DNA of 64,000 nt from Cyanophora paradoxa CCMP329. Taxonomy: Eukaryota > Plantae > Glaucophyta. Of the stretch, positions 26,841 to 43,200 are shown in pieces; position 1 is the first letter of the stretch, and every line of letters starts with the position of its first letter. The stretch covers positions 124,001 through 188,000 of the forward strand of contig QPMI01000499.1 of NCBI GenBank assembly GCA_004431415.1. Direction: 5' to 3'. Position numbers and translations under genes: made by a program. A model generated the notes under the pieces. The model did no database searches and was not told where the DNA came from. It was given only the letters and a program-made list of their open reading frames with translations.

Positions 26841-27328
26841 CGCTGCGAGGCTGCTGCTAGGGTGCGGCCGGAGCCTTGCAAGAGTCCCGCGGCCCCCCAA
26901 AAGCGAGCTGGCGATGCCTGTACTTGTTGCCGATGCTTCACTCACGCTGCTGGTGACGACAAGCTGATCGTTCGTGCCGCCCGCGATGAGACCGCGCTTG
27001 CCAACACAGACTTGCCCAATGCCTGCTCCGCTGGGGTACTGCGAATATCAACTCAGCGACCGGATTTGGCTGGCGAGCACGAAGCAACAAGGGACCGCAC
27101 ACCGCGCGCGCGCCGGGGTCAGCAGGAGTCAGGGCGGCAATCCAGAGCTGCATGAGCGACTCCGGTGCGCGTTCGCGGCTCTTCCTCCTGTGCTGGCGCA
27201 GCGGGCCCTAGCTAACGCTGTTTCCCCCATATGCAGAGGAAGCAGCAGGCAACTGGGTGGAAGCGAAGAACGGAGCCAGCGAGCAGCTTGTGAGGAAGAG
27301 CCTGGCCAAGAAGCGCGAGGAGGCCGGG

Positions 27329-30300
27329 ATGGGCGACGAGGACGACGTCGGCTACGGCGACGACTTTGAGGACGATGACGCGCACAAGGTGTGGTTATGC
27401 TCGTAGTGCCAGTGCAGGCAGCATGGCCGGCAAAGGGCTCGAACTGTCCTGCGTATACGCATGACAGCAGCTGACGCGGCGGAGCAGCCACACGGCGACG
27501 TCGGGGGCGCGCCGGATGCGATGGACCTGAAGCAGGTTCGAGGCGCTGCGCGCGCTGACGCATGCGCTGCTCACTGCCCCGCAGCTCATCGTCCTGGCCG
27601 GGAGCGACGACGTGAACGCGCAGCGCGACGCGGCGGCTGGCTTCCGGGACCTGTCGCTGGACGGTGCGGGTTGCCACATCCTGTTCAGAGTCGCCCTACC
27701 TCACGCGCCGCCGGCAGACGAGATGGAGATCCGTATCGTGCAGGAGGGCGGCCTGCGGCCGATCATTAGCCTCGCGGGCTCGCCGGACGTGGAAGTGCAG
27801 CGGCAGGCGGCGGGCGCGCTGCGCAACATCTCGGTGAACAGCGAGAACCAGGTCAAGATCGCGTCCGAGGGCGGCCTGACGGTCCTCCTCCGCCTCGCCT
27901 CCTCGCCGGACATCGAGGTCCAGCAGAACGCGGCGGCCACGGTGAGGGCGCGAAGCAGACGCAATGCGTGCGCGTGCGCTCGCTGAGCGGCCGGCCCGCA
28001 GATCCGCAACCTTTCCGTGAACCCCGAGAACCAAGTCAGCATCGTGAAGTCGGGTGCGTGCTGGAAGCGCCTGCTCCGCTCCACCGCCGCCGTGCCGAGC
28101 CGATCCGCCCGCGCAGGCGGCATCGCACCGCTGGTGGCGCTGGCGCAGTCTCCCGACCTGGAGGTCCAGAAGCACTCAACGGCGGCGCTGCTGAACCTGA
28201 GCGTCTCGAGCGGCAACCGGCGGGCGATGGTCGAGCAGGGCGCCTACGACGTCCTGTTGGCACTGCAGAAGACTGGGGACCCGGAGGTCGTGCGCTACGC
28301 GCAGGGCGCGACGCGCAACCTGGCGAGCGAGGCGGCGGGCATGGGCGGGGGCAGCAAGCCGCCGTCGGTCACGGCTGCGCGGCAGGGGGCGCCCGCCCCG
28401 GCGCCGGCGGGCCCGCCCCCAAAGCAGGCCCCGGACCTCATGATCCGGGCGGTGCCCATGCAGCCGAGCGGGGGGTACAAGCCGCCCTCGGCGGACGGCG
28501 GGGAGTCGGCGGCGGGCGGGGCCGGCGGCAGCGGCGAGGTGGAGAGGCTCAGGCTGGCGAACGCGCAGCTCCGGTCGCAGCTGAAGGAGCTGAACCGGCT
28601 CCTGGACGACGCGCTGCGGCGCAAGGCGGGCGCCGCCGGCGGCGGCGGCGGGGACAAGCCGGACCAGCTTCGGGCGCTCGTGCAGGGTGCGATAACAGCT
28701 AAGCGTAGCTCGCCACTCCTCGTATCTTTACGCCCGCCCCGCTCGCCCCGCAGCCAAGGACAAGGACCTCGCGAAGCTGCGGAAGAAGGTCGAGGTCCTC
28801 TCGAAGGCGAACGAGAACTACAGGAAGCAGGTGGAGGGCAGCCCGGAGTTCGACCGCGTCTCCGAGCTCGAGAACGCGCTGGCGCTCAAGGAGCGCGAGC
28901 TGCGGGCCGCCACGGAGAAGCTCCGGGACCTCGACCGCCTCCAGAAGAAGCAGGAGCGGGAGCTGAACAAGGTGGACCCGGCCAAGGCGGAGGAGGCGCA
29001 GAAAGACAAGGCCCGCCAGTTCATGGAGGAGATACGCGCCCTGAAGGTCAGAGGGCCGCGGAATATTCCTCCACCGGGCCCGCCCGCCCGCCCGCTCGCG
29101 TGACGCCCCCAGCAGAAACGGCTCCAGGAGCAGCGGGACAAGAGCGACCGGGACGACAAGGCGGCGCTGGAGCAGCAGGAGAAGTTCATCGCCATGCAGC
29201 AGCTCGTGCGGGAGCTCGAGGGGAAGCTCAAGAAGAAGCGCGGCGCCGGCGGCGACGAGGCGGCCGAGAAGCTCGCGGAGGCGCAGGGCAAGATGGCCGA
29301 GATGGAGCAGAAGATCGTCGTGCTCTCCAAGGCGAAGGAGGCGGCGGACAAGAAGGCGGGGTCGGTCGCGCGCCAGCACAAGGAGGAGCTGGAGCGCCTC
29401 CGGCTGGAGATCGAGCACCTGAACTCGGAGGTGAAGGAAAAGGACGCGAAGATCCAGGCGCTCGAGCTGCAGATCCAGCTCCGGCGCATGGGCTCGCGCG
29501 CCCCGCAGGCCAAGGAGTCCCGCCTCAAGCAGCCCGAGGCCGGCGTCGCCAAGCTCCCGGGCACCGTCGAGTCCCCCGGTTCGTGTTCGAATCCCCGCCG
29601 TTCTTTTCTGAGGTCGCTGACCTTCGCTCGCGGCAGACGTGTCGAAGCCGCCGCCGCCGCCCGCGGCCGCCGCGCGGCGCTCGGTGGAATCGATCCTGAG
29701 CCACCGGACGGCCGTCGAGATGATGGACGAGCCGTCTCCGCCGCCCCGCGCCCACGCCCCGGCGCACGCGCCCGTCGCCGCGCCCCCTCCACGCAGCGAG
29801 CCGCCCCCCTCTGCCGAGCCGCGCTCCTCCCTCCCGCCCCGCTCCCTCTCCAAATCCTCCATCGACGCCGCCCCGGCCCCCGCACCCGCACCCGCACCCG
29901 CACCCGCCCCCGCGTCCAAGCCCTCCTCCGCCGCCGCGGCCCCGGCGCCCCGCCCGCCCCGACGCCGCCCTCCCGAGGAGCCGGCCGCCGCGGCGGTCGA
30001 GGAGCCGGGGTACAAGGACGATTTCGTGGCTGACGAGGAGGTCGCGTCGCCGGTCGCGGCGGCCGCGCCGCCCTCGCCGCCGCCGGCCCGCGCCGAGGCC
30101 TCCTCGAGCCTGCGTGACTCGTTCGGCGTGCCGGACGTGAGCCGCACCAAGGTCAGCAGCCGCGGGCAGTCCAGAGAGCGCGGCGGTGAGCTCTGCCCCG
30201 TCCTTCCTGTACCCTTCCTCCTCGGGTCTGATCGGCGTACCCCGCGACAGACGAGGCGATCTCGCGGCCCGAGGTGGTGTCTGTGCAGAAGGAGGAGGAG

Positions 30301-30528
30301 GCGGGGGAGGCGGTCGTCGAGAAAATCGTATCGTCCAACATCCGGGACCCGACGCCGAGCTCGCGCGAGGGCGCCGGAGGCGGCGACGCCCCCGCGCGGG
30401 AGGCGTCGGCGCCGGCGTCGGAGGCGCCGCTGGACGACGGGCCGCCGAAGGAGGACGCGACCGACGACGGCGTGAAGAAGCCGGCGCCGCTGAAGCCCGG
30501 GTTCGCGCGCAAGAAGAGCAACTGGTAG
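27329..30528 (+). CDS. Armadillo-repeat protein (Vac8-like repeats) with a long coiled coil and Pro/acidic tail
   Basis: Repeats IVQEGGLRPIISLAGSPDVEVQRQAAGALRNISVN, IASEGGLTVLLRLASSPDIEVQQNAAAT and GGIAPLVALAQSPDLEVQKHSTAALLNLS, followed by E/K/L-rich heptads. Confidence 0.8.
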
Positions 30529-31220
30529 GCGCTAGAGTGCGATCATCGGACCAGGCAGACGCTGAGAGGGCCCGCGGTGTACTGTACCGCTGTAGAGATC
30601 TCGAATATACAGACAGTTCAGGTTGGGATCGAGTGGCAAAACTACGAGGTCGGGCACGTCATGCCACGGTGATCCGATGATAGTTAAGATCTAATCATTT
30701 TCCGGAATTCGAACTTGAACCCCCACATGCGCGTGCACTGTGTCGGCCCGCGCCCGATCGCGCTAGACCCGGCGACTTTCGCGCACCCTCGATCTTCCGG
30801 CCCAACCGCAGATCTACTAGGCTAGACTCAGGCTCCAACAGCTGTCGCAGTGCAGCTCGCGCCCTTTCCCCTTCCTGATCCACTGGGCTAGATCTAGAGC
30901 TCTAGCGCCTGTGCAGCTGGCACATTGAACTGGAAGAGCGAGTTTGGTTCAATTGGAAAAAGTACTCAGGGTATCAGAATCTGCTCTGGGTATCACTGTA
31001 ATCATGGATCGACTGATCTAAATTGCACTACTGTCTAGCTCCATCGGACTATTTCGGAATCAAATGAAATCAAAGTGAAAGAAATTTAAATGGGAGCTGA
31101 CACTTGATCAGGAAAATCGACTGCAAAAAATGGAACACTGCGAAAACGTGCGAGGCGGTGGCCGCCGCCGGGCCTCGCCTGTACAGCTCCAGGATTTTGA
31201 TCGCACGGCGTCGCCACCGC

Positions 31221-33025
<1,805 letters not shown>

Positions 33026-34803
33026 CTTCGCGACTTGTTTCGGTCGTGCTGGACGGAACGCGAATGAGCCGAGGACGGCCTGGACGTGCTCGGATAAGAC
33101 GCGCTCGTGACGCCTGTGACGGGGCGCGCGGCCCTTCGAAAAACAATTGGCCGGGTACTCCGTGTTTGGGGGCCGCTGCCTCCTGCCCTCTGCACAGGCT
33201 CTGCATCAACGCCCATGCGCATGCACTCCACGCAATCAAGGCCAGCGCCTCGGCCGTTGAGCTCCCTGCGCCAGCGCGCCGGCCGCGCGCGCACGCATGC
33301 AGTTCGGCAGCCAGGCTCAGCGTGCCTCGGCCTCTTCCGCGCGTTGAACGTTTTTAACGCTCCTTCAGGCTGAACTGCAGTGCCAATGCGCCGCCGCAGC
33401 TTGCCGATGGGTCCGCGCCGGCGCGCGCCAGCCGCGTAACGCATGAGATCGCGGCCAGAAGCGGCGCGGCCTCGGCCTCGGCGTCGGTGTGTTTTGAGCG
33501 CTCCCTCCCCGCGAGCTGCCCGCGCTAGCGCGCGCTGGCGGCCGCGACCGCCAGGCGTAACGTTAACGTTAACGCATGTATAGCAGGTTGCTGTTCGCCC
33601 CCACCTGGCTCACGCTCTAAGTCCCCCCCCCCTCCCCCCCGTCCCTCACCACTGCCCCTCGCCCTCCCGCACCGTACCCCCCGCTCCTCCCTCCACCCCC
33701 GGCCAACACCCCCCGACCCTCTGAGCCCGGCGGCTCCACCAGGCCCGCTCTCGGACAAGCGCGCCCCCAGACCCGCACCCGCCGTGCCGGCGACACGGCG
33801 GGCCATATTGTAGCGTGTACAGAGTGGTTTAGATTATAGAGCGCCTTCCCGGAGGGTCTAGCTAACTAGGCCTAGGCATAGTCCCAGCTGCAGCTCACTT
33901 CGTCGTCCCGATCTCTGCTCCATCCTCTTGCCCTCAGGTGACTGTCACTCTTTTCCCCACGTAGGATCCTCTTTGTTCTGCAGCGCTAGACCTAGTCCCC
34001 GGGGTAGTCTCTCCAGCTATTTCCACATCCGAGCTCCGCCCGGTCCGATGTCCGAAAGGCTTAGTCCCGTAGGCGTGTCTTTTACATACTCTTCTTCTTC
34101 TTCAGTCCCGTAGGCTCATCTCTCGACTTGACACAGATGGACACCTCAGTTGTATTTCTAGCCATTTAGATTTGTCTCGGTGTGTGTGAATTCATTTATA
34201 CTGGCTCACGCTCTCTAAGGCTAGCGCTGTATACGTACACGAGTAGTCAGCTGGATCCGAAACCTTCGAACCTTTCGTTCATTTTTTATCGTTCCTAAAG
34301 CACAGCATACGATGTTCCTCGGTAGTATCTATAGCTAGCTATAGTTGGAGAGATGTAGACTGTGCTGCAGACTGCAGTCCACAACTTGGCAAGCGCTCGA
34401 GCTCACTGAGTCAATTCAAATCCAAAGCTTGCTTAAAGAGCTTGAATACTAGATAGTTGGCACTACGTATACGGCAGTGCAATTAGTAATGGGCACGCCG
34501 CGGCGCGGCCTTCATGGCACTACTTTCCCCATCATGCATATGGGCCTTCATATGCATGGCACCACGTCGGCCCCTGGCCTTGAGCTCGATCGCGAGCCGC
34601 AGTGATTCATGAGCTCGAGCTCGCGATCGATCGATATAGAGCGTGTGAGAGGCTCATGCTCTGATGATCAGCCGTCCATCGATATCAAACCGTCGACGTC
34701 CGACCGTTCGCCAAGTCGGACGTCGACGGTTGACGTCGACATTGCCGACTCTCAGCGAGTCGTCGTTCGCCAAGTGTACATGTGCATGCATATGCAGCTC
34801 ACT

Positions 34804-34881
34804 GAAGGGACGCGACGCCGTCACAGGCCGTCCAAATCACACCGTACCCATCGAAGGGACGCGACGCCGTCACAGGCCGTC
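34804..34881 (+). promoter_or_regulatory. 29-bp direct repeat (GAAGGGACGCGACGCCGTCACAGGCCGTC x2) upstream of GDH copy B
   Basis: Copies at 34804-34832 and 34853-34881. The core CCGTCACAGGC also lies upstream of copy A (33107-33128, minus strand). The regulatory role is inferred. Confidence 0.5.
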
Positions 34882-34964
34882 AGCTCGCTTGCTCGCCGCG
34901 CTCCCCGCACAGTCCCTGGGCGTAGGTTCGCGGTTCCAACCAGCGTCCGTCAGCCAGCAGCACG

Positions 34965-36770
<1,806 letters not shown>

Positions 36771-37201
36771 GCGGCGTCCACGTCAGCATCCCGGCCCCGC
36801 TCTTTCAGGCTAGTCGTGCCTCCATTGCGCGGGAGGATTGCTCGTGCACAGTATACAGTATACGTAGAACTTTTTTTGCTGCTTTCCTCTTTCAAACTTG
36901 CAGCCGCAGTTAGTCTTTCCTCCTTTCCTGCTTCGTTTTTGCCAGTCAGAGGCGACAGACATACAGCAAATGTTAATGTTTTGAGTCGCCAAAAATATAA
37001 ACAGGTGAATGTCCAGCTCGCTCTGCGAAATTCGCCTTTGGGCCATGGGACTTCTGGCGGGCGAGTCGAGGGTACAGGTCGGGATTATGATTCTTAGTGC
37101 CGACTAGATCTTTTGAAATAGAATGTCACATAACATACATCTGCATGCAATGGCGAATACATGTACAGGACACGAGCTAGCAAGGGTCGTTCGTTTGTGC
37201 C

Positions 37202-40200
37202 TTATTTGTTGCGGGTGGCGGAGAGCTTGACAAGGTGGCACCAGTTGTAGAACTGGGCGCGCAGGTTGCTCAGCGACTCCTCGATCTTCCCCTTGAAGTG
37301 CTGCCGCACCGCCTCCTCGCCCTCCAGCTCCGGCACGAACCGCTCGTAGATGCTTCGCACCGCCCGCCGCCCGTGCAGCTGCCGCGCGGGCCAAGTAAGC
37401 CGGGCGGGCGCGCCGAGCAGGGGTATAGGTCTAGAAGGAAGTGTTTGGCGCACGAGCATGCAGAGGTGGAGGATGAGGTTCCGGTGGCGCCGCAGGATGA
37501 TGAAGGCGTCGCCGCAGAGCCGCACGAACCTGCGGCGGCCCCGCCCTGCTCAGAGGCGTCCGCGGGCGCGCGGAGCCGCGCGCTGGCCCGGCGGCCTCTC
37601 ACATTTCGTACACGGGGGCGCCCTCGCCGCCCATAACATGCCTGCAAGTGCGGCGGTCAAAGCTCTCATAACTAATAAGTCTAACCTTCAGCTCGAGATC
37701 GAGGGGCACAAGCGCACGCGTAGTCCGGGGTGAAGAGGAAGGGGGACGTCTCCTTGGGGATAAGGCCCCCCATCTTGGTCACGTGCCTGCCGGCCGGCTC
37801 AGGCGAGCTCAGGAGGGCGGGCGGGCGGATCGGAGGGGCGGAGGGGCGCACCCGAGGAAGCGGCCGAAGTCGATGTCTGAGGGGCCGGCGGCCGTTCCGT
37901 GAGGACGGGGAGCAGGGCGGAGGGGGCGGGGCGGGGCGGACGGAAGACGCGGCCGTCGGGGAAGAGCATGACGTTGTCGCTGTGGCGGTCGCAGAGCCCC
38001 AGCACGTACGTCCTGCCGCCCCCCCGCGTCAGGGCGGGGAGCAGGCCAGAGCTTAGAGCTCGAGGGCGGGCGCACGCGACGCAGTAGCCGGCGCAGGAGC
38101 GCGCGAAGTTCGCTTGGGCGACCTCGTAGGCTGGTGAGACAGGAATGAGAGGAGGTCCCGCAGAGCTGGGCGACGCGCGTTTCAGAACGGAGCAGGGGGT
38201 ACGCACGGACTTCGTTCTTGCGGATCAGCCAGTCGGCGATGACCTGCCGGAAGGGGTACCCCCAAATCAGCGGGAGAGTGGGGTACGGGGCGAGCCGAGC
38301 GGAAAAGGGAGGGGTACTTTCTCGCTGAAAGCCATGAGGGAGCCGCCGGCCTCCTCGAGGAGCTCCCCCTGGGGGTACGAGCGTCGGAGGGGGGGTACAT
38401 GATCGTTTGGAGATGCGGCGGCGCACGATTGTGTACGCCCCCTCGACGACTTCGATGACGCCCGCGCCGCGCGCCGTCGAGACGCACTGCGGTCCGGTGG
38501 CGGTGAGGAATTAGAAGCGGCGCACGTTCTCTGCGCTGCGCTTGGGCGCGCCTTGTAGGGGGTCATGAGGAGGTCGAGCCCTGCCGCCTTCCAGAGCTGC
38601 GGACGGGCGGGGCGGGCGTGAGGTGCGCGCGGGCGGGGGCGGGGCGAGCCGAGCAGGGGGCGGCCTGGGCGCGCCTTGTCCATGACGGAGATCATCTTGA
38701 GACAGAGCTCGTCGGTGCGGAGGTCCTGCCCCGCCTTGAAGATCGCCCGCAGGCGGCCCTCGCCCTCGCCCAGCGTCGGCGTCGGCGTGCGGCCGCCGCC
38801 CGGCGCGGGGCTCCGCGGGGCCCCGACGGCCGCCGTCCGCGGGTGCGCAAAGGCCGATGCCGAGGCGGAGGCTGAGGCTAAGGAAGAGGACGAGGCGGGG
38901 GCGGAGGAGGGGCGGAGGGGAGCGCCTCGTCGGGGAGGGTGATGGTGAGGGGCACGGCGCCGAGGGCGGGGCCGGCGGGGGCGGCCGGGGCCGGCGGGGG
39001 CGAGGGCGGCGGGGGCGGCCGCCGCGTCCCGATGAACGTCAGCTCGTATGGGACCTGAGGGGCCCTGAGCCGGGGCGCTCTACAGCCGAGCTTGGGGTCT
39101 TAAATAGGCTCGAAGGTACAGGTCCCAAGCATAGAAGATAAAGCTACAGCTTGGGCGGCCGAGGCTTTGGCTTAGGTTGAGCGCGGGCAGTTGTAAAGCC
39201 CCATCGTGCTACAGCTTGGGCGCAGGCACAGGCTTAAGCGGCTGAGCTTAGGTTTGGCTGATTTTTTGGCTTAGGTTGAGCGGCTGATTTTTTGGCTTGG
39301 GTTGGGCGCGGGCGCACCTTGCCCGAGGAGTAGACCTTGCACTTGTCGCGGTCGATGGTCCGAACCTGCGCAGCCGCCGGAGTCAGACGAGAGAAGCTGA
39401 GCCAGAGCCAAGCGTCAAAGATCTAGATCGAGCTCAGCGCGCCTCGAAGAGGGGTCGGTGCTTAAGCTTACTCAAGCTTAAACTGCTAAGCGTCTATAAC
39501 GTAAGCTTGAGCTCGAGCTTAACAGAAGCTTAAACTTCAGAGCACTGATATGCGTTGGCCCCGCGCGCCTCGAAGAAGGGGTCGATGGGGAGGGTGAAGG
39601 TCTTGGGGAGGATGCCGAGCTCCTGCTTCTCCAGCACCTGCCCGCGGCCGCGTCAGGCACACAGGAGACCTTTGAGCCCGCGACAGTCCCCTAGGCCCCT
39701 AGGCGCCAAAGCGCGGCCGTGTGAGGCCGTGTGAGGCGCGAGGGTTTCTTTCGAGCGCTGCGCGCCCCCCGCGCCGGCTCGGCCCCTAGGCGCGAAGGCG
39801 CGATCCCTCGGAGCCCCGGGCAAGGCGAGGCAGCTCGCCTCGGTCTTGATGAGGGCCTTGAGGCGCTCCCGCCGCTGCCGCTTCTCGTCCCCCTGCGCGA
39901 TCGCGAGCGCGCCCCGCGTCAAAAAGAGGGTGGGCGAGTAGGAGTCGGTTCCCGTCCCTTATATATTAGAGCAGAGCACCCCCGTGCCCCCTTTTCCCTC
40001 ACGGTTCACGGGCGCGGCGCGCGCGGGGGCGCGGGCCGGCGCGCGGACCTTCATGTCGATGAGCTTGGTGGCGATGCCCCCCGCAATGTCCACAAGGGCA
40101 ATCTGGAGGGGCGGGTCACGACACCGGGCGCGGCAAACCGCGCTGCGCGCTCGCAGGATCCGGTTGCGTCTCTCTAAATGTATTAGTCTGCCGTCTCTCG

Positions 40201-43200
40201 GTATTTCTTGGACCAGTTCGTGTAGATCGTGTGTATAGCAATTGTGCGGGGCACAGCGGCAGCAAGGGGGGGAGAGGGGGGAGAGGGGGGGGGGGGAAGA
40301 GGGGGGGGAGGGGCGGAGGTGGGGCGGACCTGGTCGAAGACGAACTGGTGGCCGGCGGCGCGGCACGCGCGCTCGAACTCGGCGAGGAGGCCCTTGCAGC
40401 GCCGGCCCCACGCGCTCTCGTCCCCCACGCCCCACTGCGGGGCGAGATCAGCCCAACTAATTTAGAACTAACTTAGTAATTTAGCTTAGGCTGAGCTAGC
40501 AGATCGCACCCTGAGGGCCCAGAGGAAGGGCAGGCCGACCCCGCGCGGGTTCCGCAGGCCCCGCCAGAAGAGGAGCCGCGTGAGGGGCGAGTCCAAGTAC
40601 GACGCGTGCCGCATCCCCTGCGCGAGAGCGTAAGAATGAAGCGAAGTCGGTGGCGCAGAGGGCGGCGGGGGCGCCTGGACGAGCTGGAGCATGTAGTCGG
40701 CGAGCTCCTCGTCCGCGAGGCGCCCGATCCGCTCCGCCGCGTACCTGGGCCGAGCAGGGCTCGGGAGTGGGCGCGAGCGCGGGGCGGGGCGGGGCGGGGG
40801 TGCGGGACCGGCGGATGCGGAGGTCGGGGAAGGCCTGGTCGAGCAGCTGGAGGGCGTCGTGCGGCGTGATGGGCACCCACGCCCGCACCACCCTGCCCCC
40901 CGCTCAGCCCTCGGGGGTACGCGGCGGGCGGCGGGAGGGGGCGGGGGCGCACTGTTCGACGAAGGCGCACTCGCGGGGGCGCGAGAAGTCTGCCGGGGCC
41001 GCGTGAGGAGCGCGCCGGGCCGGGGGTTACAGGGGCGGGGCGGGGCGTGCCGAGGCACTCGATGAACTTGGCGAAGGCGACGCTGTGGGGCGTGAAGAGG
41101 TCGGCGTTGGCGCGGATCGCCTCCCGGCTCTCCTCGTCCACCTCCCAGTACGGGTCGTTCCCCTTCTCGACGAAGTCCCGCACTGCGGCCCCGCGCCCCG
41201 CCCCGCCCCGCTCGGCTCGGCGGCGCGCGGGCGGAGCGAAGCGAAGGGCCGCGCACGGCGCTCCGAGAGGGTCCGCTGGGCGCTGCCCCGCCTCTGTCCC
41301 CGGAGCGTGGTCCCGACGCTGAGCCTGCGAGCGCGCAGAGGAATCGGCGGCACGACAGGGCCGGACGGACCAAGCTCAAGCTTACGCACAGGGACAAGGC
41401 GCTGGCGAGGTTCTGAACAGCCCCAATCGTGGCCCGCCCGATGCTGCTGACCGCCGATCCGATGGAGCCCAGAGGGGAGGTGGAGCGGTGGTGGTTGTGG
41501 CCCGAGCCGCCGGCGGCGGCGGCGGGCGAGAGGGGCAGGCTGCCCGAGAGGGGGCCCGAGCCGCGCCCGTGCCCGTGCGGGGCCGACCAGGAGGAGGAGG
41601 AGGCGGGGACGGGTACGCTGCCGTCGCTCTGGGAGAGCTTGGGGCGGGGCTCGGGGGCGGATGCGGAGGGGACGAGCGCGGCGCGGGGCGAGTCAGAGGG
41701 CGTGTCGACGCCGGAGCTCCCTTCAGAGGCGGCGGCGGAGAAGGCGGAGGGGGCGGAGGCGAGGGCTGGGGGTACGCGGGCGGGGGAGAGGGAGCTGCCG
41801 CGGGAGGGCCCCGCCTCGAGGGGGCCCCCGGGGCCGATGGCACGCGACGAGCGCAGCAGCGCCTTCGGGGTACAGCGTCAGGCAAAACGGCCGAGCCAGC
41901 TAAAGGGCTCAGTTAAGTACCTGGACGTTAAGCGTGGCGGGGTTGAACGAGCGGCGCCGCTTGAGGCCCTCCTCGAATGGCTTCATTTCCTCCGACACCT
42001 CCTGGGGGTACAGGAATGAGCGAGGGGGGAAGAAGCGGGCAGGGGGTACGGCAGTGGCGCGCCTCGAGGTCGCGGTCCTCCGCGGGGGCCTCGCCCCCCT
42101 CGAGCTCGCAGTCGTCGGGTACAGGCGCCGCCGACTCGCCGGAAAGGATCTGGGGGTACATAATTACGGAACATGAGAGGGGGGGGTACGGGAGGGCGCA
42201 CTTCGGGGTCGAACGCAAAGACGACGTCGTCGGCGGGGCCCCCCATCGACGTGTACGGCCGCTCGATCCGCAGGAGCATCGTACCCCACTGCGTCTGCCG
42301 GGCTGGAGGGGCGTTAGGGCCCAAAAGAGAGCGCGCGCGCTACTGGGGAGGCGCGTAGAGCGGTGCTAAGCCTGATCCTGAGTCTTAATCGCCGGTCGGG
42401 AGGCGGTCTTGGTCTTAAGTCTTACTAGTCTTTCCGAATCGAAAAGGGCTCGCGAGCCTGTGGGGAGGCGGGTGGACCGGTGCCCCTTCATCCCGTCCTC
42501 GCTCCGGTGCGCCGCGTCGCAGTCGTCGCAGAGCAGCTGCGCCTGCGCCGAAGGATAAGGCGAGAAGAGAGGGCGGAAGAGGAGGAAAGAAGGGGGCCGA
42601 GCCTTGGAGCGGCAGTCGGGGCACTGGACGGTCGCCTCCAGCTCGAGGCAGTTCTCGCACTTGCCTGCGGGATTTGAGAATTTATGAGTATGTAAGAGTA
42701 GGATGCGGAGGAGGTGGAGGAGGTGAATATGCGGGGGCGCTCGCCCCGGAAGCTGTAGGGGACGGAGGCGCGCTGGCGCCAGAGGTTCAGGCGGGTCGTC
42801 CCCGTCCTCAGCACCCCGTCCTGGTCGAAGACCTGCCCGACCCGTGAGCCAAGAGATAGAAGAAGCTTTAAAGAGCTCGTGTCGCCTCTAAAATGAGCTT
42901 CTCAGCTTTCAGGTTCACGATCAGCTAAAGGAAGCGGCGGGGAGGGGGCCGGCGGGGGGTACGCGCGCCTGGAGGGAGGACCAGGCGACGAGGACAGCCG
43001 GCTCGCCCCCCGCGCACTTGTCCAGCACCCGCGCCTGTACCCGGATCGGATCAAATTAGATTGGACGAGATTAGATGAACAGGCGAAGGACGCGCCTGGT
43101 GGCGGGTGGAGCTGGACTTGACGGGCCCGTCGGCGCCCTCGTCGTGCCCCCGCCGGCAGTAGACGCACACCAGCAGCTGCGCCTCCTGCGGCGCCTCTCA

